A DNA stretch of 10,250 nt, from positions 1 to 10,250 of the forward strand of contig CAZECW010000175.1 in the NCBI GenBank assembly GCA_964510585.1. The letters are read 5' to 3'. The stretch comes from an uncultured archaeon (GTDB lineage Archaea > Asgardarchaeota > Jordiarchaeia > Jordiarchaeales > Jordiarchaeaceae). Below, piece after piece: positions 7,373 to 10,250 of this stretch (within the stretch, counting starts at the first letter, position 1; every line of letters begins with the position of its first letter). The notes beneath the pieces are model-generated. The model saw nothing but the letters and a program-made list of their open reading frames with translations. It was not told the DNA's origin and made no database searches. The position numbers and the translations under genes were made by a program.

Positions 7373-7587
7373 TTAATCTTCTTCTATGGTAATTGCTGAA
7401 TAGTCGCATTGGATTTCGCATGCCCTGCAAACTAGGCACTCGTCTTCAGATACTACCTTTGCTAAATTTTTTTCAAGTTTGTAAACTTCTGCGGGGCAGA
7501 TTTTTACGCGGTAAGGCTGGTGCCTTATTCCTCTACGCACACCCCACAGCCGACGCACTTGTTTTTGTCAACCTTTATTTTCACCAT
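7373..7587 (-). CDS. 2[4Fe-4S] dicluster ferredoxin (61 aa) interrupted by a 29-nt putative BHB intron; exons 7587-7533 and 7503-7373
   Basis: ATG 7587 has SD GAGGAG at 7597-7602. The spliced product is MVKIKVDKNKCVGCGVCVEICPAEVYKLEKNLAKVVSEDECLVCRACEIQCDYSAITIEED, with two CxxCxxCxxxC motifs. Unspliced, the frame stops at TAA 7525-7527 after 20 aa. Confidence 0.88.
7504..7532 (-). other. Putative BHB (tRNA-type) intron in ferredoxin pre-mRNA
   Basis: Insert sequence AGGAATAAGGCACCAGCCTTACCGCGTAA. The central helix is GCGT/GCGT (two G-U pairs), the bulges are AG|A and AA|A, the intron-side pairs are GG/CC, and there is a perfect hairpin TAAGGC-ACCA-GCCTTA. Removal restores the frame and the Cys spacing. 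Confidence 0.8.
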
Positions 7588-7653
7588 TTTCTGGGGCTCC
7601 TCATAAACTGTTTCCTTAACAGTTGTAAGACTGTTACTGGTTTGTTCTTTGTT

Positions 7654-7667
7654 TTAATATACTTTGG
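7654..7667 (-). promoter_or_regulatory. Candidate BRE + TATA promoter of the ferredoxin gene
   Basis: Minus strand reads CCAAAG-TATATTAA, about 70 nt upstream of ATG 7587. Confidence 0.5.
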
Positions 7668-7717
7668 CTAAAGTGTTTTGTACTTCCAAAATGGGTATTT
7701 GAGAATTATTTGCGCCT

Positions 7718-8329
7718 TTATTTTAGATTGAATGGTTTCCCCTCATTCAGAATCTTCTTTGGAATATTGTTTTTCCATTTTTCTAAAAAGGCCTTGTCTT
7801 CTTTGGCTTCGCGGAGATCGTCAGGTAGCATGTGGGGTATTGTTTCTATTATGGGATACCATCTGTTGCACTTTTCGCAGATCATTAGGCCCTCCTCTAC
7901 TTCGGCTCGATATAATAGCCAGTTTATCAGGTATATGCTTGTGGTGAGTTCGGAGGTGAGACTTGCTGGGGGCTTTTCCCTTCTAGTTTCCAACGCTTTT
8001 TTTACAAGTTGCGCCGAGGAGGTGCCGCTCAGGTCTTCGATGGTAGTTAATATGTCTAATTTTTCTGCGAATGTTTTGAGGTAGTCTTTAAGCGGTAAAG
8101 GTTCCTTAGTCATCTCGTCCTCTATCTTAACAGTAGATCCTGATTCATCAATTGTGATTCTGCCCTTCAGGGCCTTTTTTAGAAAGAATAGGTCCTTTTT
8201 TTGTATATCCTCAAAAACTTTTTCGAAATCCTCTTGTTTAGTCTCCCAGCTGAAGATTTTAAGCTTAAGAGGGTAACTTTTGCACCCTTCAATGGGGCAA
8301 GCCAGAATATCTAACAACCATAGCTTCAT
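7718..8329 (-). CDS. trm112: Trm112-family methyltransferase activator, long form with a central insertion
   Basis: N-terminal MKLWLLDILACPIEGCKSYPLKL and C-terminal EVEEGLMICEKCNRWYPIIETIPHMLPDDLR are the two halves of the Trm112 zinc-binding domain, separated by a charged insert of over 100 aa. SD GAGGT lies upstream. Confidence 0.85.
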   Translation of the reverse strand: MKLWLLDILACPIEGCKSYPLKLKIFSWETKQEDFEKVFEDIQKKDLFFLKKALKGRITIDESGSTVKIEDEMTKEPLPLKDYLKTFAEKLDILTTIEDLSGTSSAQLVKKALETRREKPPASLTSELTTSIYLINWLLYRAEVEEGLMICEKCNRWYPIIETIPHMLPDDLREAKEDKAFLEKWKNNIPKKILNEGKPFNLK

Positions 8330-8534
8330 TTTTGAACCTCTTTAGAAATTGTTGCTTCTCAGTTTTTAAAATTTCTACAACATTCCTTTTTCTAATTTAA
8401 TTCGTCGTTTATCCGCTTTTCTGATTGGTGCTAACTTGCCCTAAGTAGCAGTGGGCATTGTATTAACGATAAGATAATACTTTAATATAAAAAACTTTTG
8501 TACAATCCTCTTTTCTTAACTATTTGTGCTATAC

Positions 8535-9674
8535 TTAGATCTTTGTTCTTACTATACCACTTATTTGGCCTTCAACCCACAGATCGGGCCATATTTTTGA
8601 CCCAGGTAAAACTATGGTTGAGTCTGCTATTTTGCAGTTGGGTCCCACTACTGCCAGTTTACCTATCTCTACCCTATTCCCCACTTCACAGTTTTCAGCT
8701 ATAATGCATTCCTGGAGGCGGGAATTAGAGGCAACTTTTGAGTTCTGATACATTACAGCTTTGTCGATTTTGGTCTCCCTTCCTATACTTACTCCCGACT
8801 TCACTATTGAGCAGGGCTGAATTTGGACATCTGCTTCTATTGTGCAGTCATTTTCAATAATTGCTGGACCTTGAATCTTTGTGCCTTTCTTTATTACTGT
8901 ATTTTCTCCGATGTGAACTGGACCAGTTATTTTTCCCTCTATTTCCGCCGTTTCACTTATGTACCTCTTTATCTGGCTAACGATCCATTCTGTGGCTTTC
9001 ATGTATCCTTCAGGTTTACCCACATCTACCCAAAATCCCTCTGCTTTGTAACCGTAGATGCGTTTGCCTTTCTTTAACATCAGAGGAAAGAGGTCTTTGC
9101 CAAAGTCAAAAGGAGTATTTTCTGGAATGTAATCCAGAATTTCAGGCTCTAGGATGTAGAGCCCTGTGCTTGCAAGGTTGCTGAAGCATTCGTCCGGCTT
9201 TGGCTTTTCGATAAATCTTTTTATTTGATTTTTTCTGTTTAGTTCTGCTATACCAAATTGCCAGGGATTTTCTACCCCGACAAGTGAAATTGTAGCTATA
9301 CCGTCCCTTTCCTTATGGAATTTTAAGGCACTTGCCAGACTTATCTCTGTGATATTATCTGACTGTATTACTCCAAAGGTTTCATCAAGATATTTTTCAG
9401 CGTTTTTAACTGATCCCGCGGTTCCCAGCGGTTCATCTTCCTTAGGATAATATATTTTTACCCCAAAATCCCGTCCATCCCCCAAATGTTTCTTAATCTT
9501 ATCCTCCAAATAGTTGGTGGTAATAATAATTTCATCAAAACCCTGTTTACTAAGATAGTCAATTATCCACTCTACAACAGGTTTATTGCAAATAGGTAAC
9601 ATAGTTTTAGGCGTAGTATAGGTTAAGGGCCGCAGTCTGGTGCCATAGCCTCCAGCTAATACCACTGCCTTCAT
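8535..9674 (-). CDS. NDP-sugar pyrophosphorylase (mannose-1-phosphate guanylyltransferase/GlmU-like, COG1208) with a C-terminal left-handed beta-helix
   Basis: Signature AVVLAGGYGTRLRPLTYTTPK, then EPLGTAG, GRFIEKP-like KRFIEKP and FWVDVGKP, followed by hexapeptide repeats ending KIWPD. SD AGGAGAGGT at 9681-9689. The sugar and nucleotide specificity cannot be determined by eye. Confidence 0.9.
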   Translation of the reverse strand: MKAVVLAGGYGTRLRPLTYTTPKTMLPICNKPVVEWIIDYLSKQGFDEIIITTNYLEDKIKKHLGDGRDFGVKIYYPKEDEPLGTAGSVKNAEKYLDETFGVIQSDNITEISLASALKFHKERDGIATISLVGVENPWQFGIAELNRKNQIKRFIEKPKPDECFSNLASTGLYILEPEILDYIPENTPFDFGKDLFPLMLKKGKRIYGYKAEGFWVDVGKPEGYMKATEWIVSQIKRYISETAEIEGKITGPVHIGENTVIKKGTKIQGPAIIENDCTIEADVQIQPCSIVKSGVSIGRETKIDKAVMYQNSKVASNSRLQECIIAENCEVGNRVEIGKLAVVGPNCKIADSTIVLPGSKIWPDLWVEGQISGIVRTKI

Positions 9675-10250
9675 GCTACTACCTCTCCTTTTAACCCAAC
9701 CCTAGCCTTATCGAAGTGATAAGATTAACTTTGGTCTTTTCCCAATTAACTTTTTTATAATTAAAAATAACTTCAATCGGTTCGAATTCTATTGTTTAGT
9801 TTTAAGATTTCCTCTAATATAAATCTAATGGAATATTTTGCGAAACATTTCTCATACTTATTCTGTGCCATTCAAACCCAATGGCTCATATTAGCACTCT
9901 TCCATACCTTTCTACAGTTTGTTTTTCCCTGATAGTTTTGGCGGAGTTATCGTCTTTAATACTCATTTGCTGGGAGATTCTATGTTTTTAAGGACGAGGA
10001 GAGCCAAAAAGCATTCTCCGAGGCCCATGTCGTGAATCAACAATTAAATGGTAAGTTAAAGTAATTGCCAACGAATAAGTCAAAAGCTCAATAACTATGT
10101 GGACTTTCTAAATCATTTATGTATTAAAATAAATTATTTTCTATATTTAAAAAATTGTATGGTTTAGAGATTTAAAAAAGATTGTATATGTATGCTGTGT
10201 TGCATAATTCCTTGATTTTTGTAGTTTAAGCTAGGTATCCGTGTTTCACA

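Noticed and set aside
7373-7558. ORF-track ferredoxin starting at GTG 7558 (MRRLWGVRRGIRHQPYRVK...)
   Set aside because: The N-terminus is an out-of-frame read of exon 1 plus the insert and loses three cluster cysteines. The true start with an SD is ATG 7587.
7002-9077. Plus-strand ORFs 7002-7196, 7393-7671, 7710-8084, 7732-7947, 8498-8704 and 8823-9077
   Set aside because: They are antisense to the tRNA, ferredoxin, trm112 or pyrophosphorylase genes, and their compositions are implausible.
1-10250. CRISPR array, IS/transposase or rRNA
   Set aside because: No regularly spaced repeats, transposase motifs, long terminal inverted repeats or rRNA-like sequence were seen.

Overview
AT-rich archaeal chromosomal window. 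It is probably Asgard or another TACK/Asgard lineage, inferred from a ribophorin-I-like gene, a long Trm112, archaeal BRE/TATA promoters and an A1-U72 tRNA-Gln. Gene order: archaeal MtaB/MiaB-like tRNA methylthiotransferase (runs off the left edge, absent from the ORF track), a MoaD/SAMP ubiquitin-like protein with a 10-aa tail after its GG, a frameshifted HypB, a DUF354 glycosyltransferase-like protein, a small 2-TM protein, AglH/DPAGT1-type GlcNAc-1-P transferase head-to-head with a ribophorin I (Ost1/RPN1)-like protein, tRNA-Gln(UUG) with a 30-nt intron at non-canonical position 53/54, a 2[4Fe-4S] ferredoxin, a long Trm112 and an NDP-sugar pyrophosphorylase. The main finding is that the ferredoxin gene is broken inside its first CxxCxxCxxxC motif by a 29-nt insert (7504-7532). 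The insert folds into a bulge-helix-bulge structure, and cutting at the canonical BHB positions restores an intact 61-aa ferredoxin. This is a candidate tRNA-type intron in a protein-coding mRNA, about 100 bp from an intron-containing tRNA gene whose intron has a similar 3' end. All calls were made by eye; no database searches or folding programs were run.
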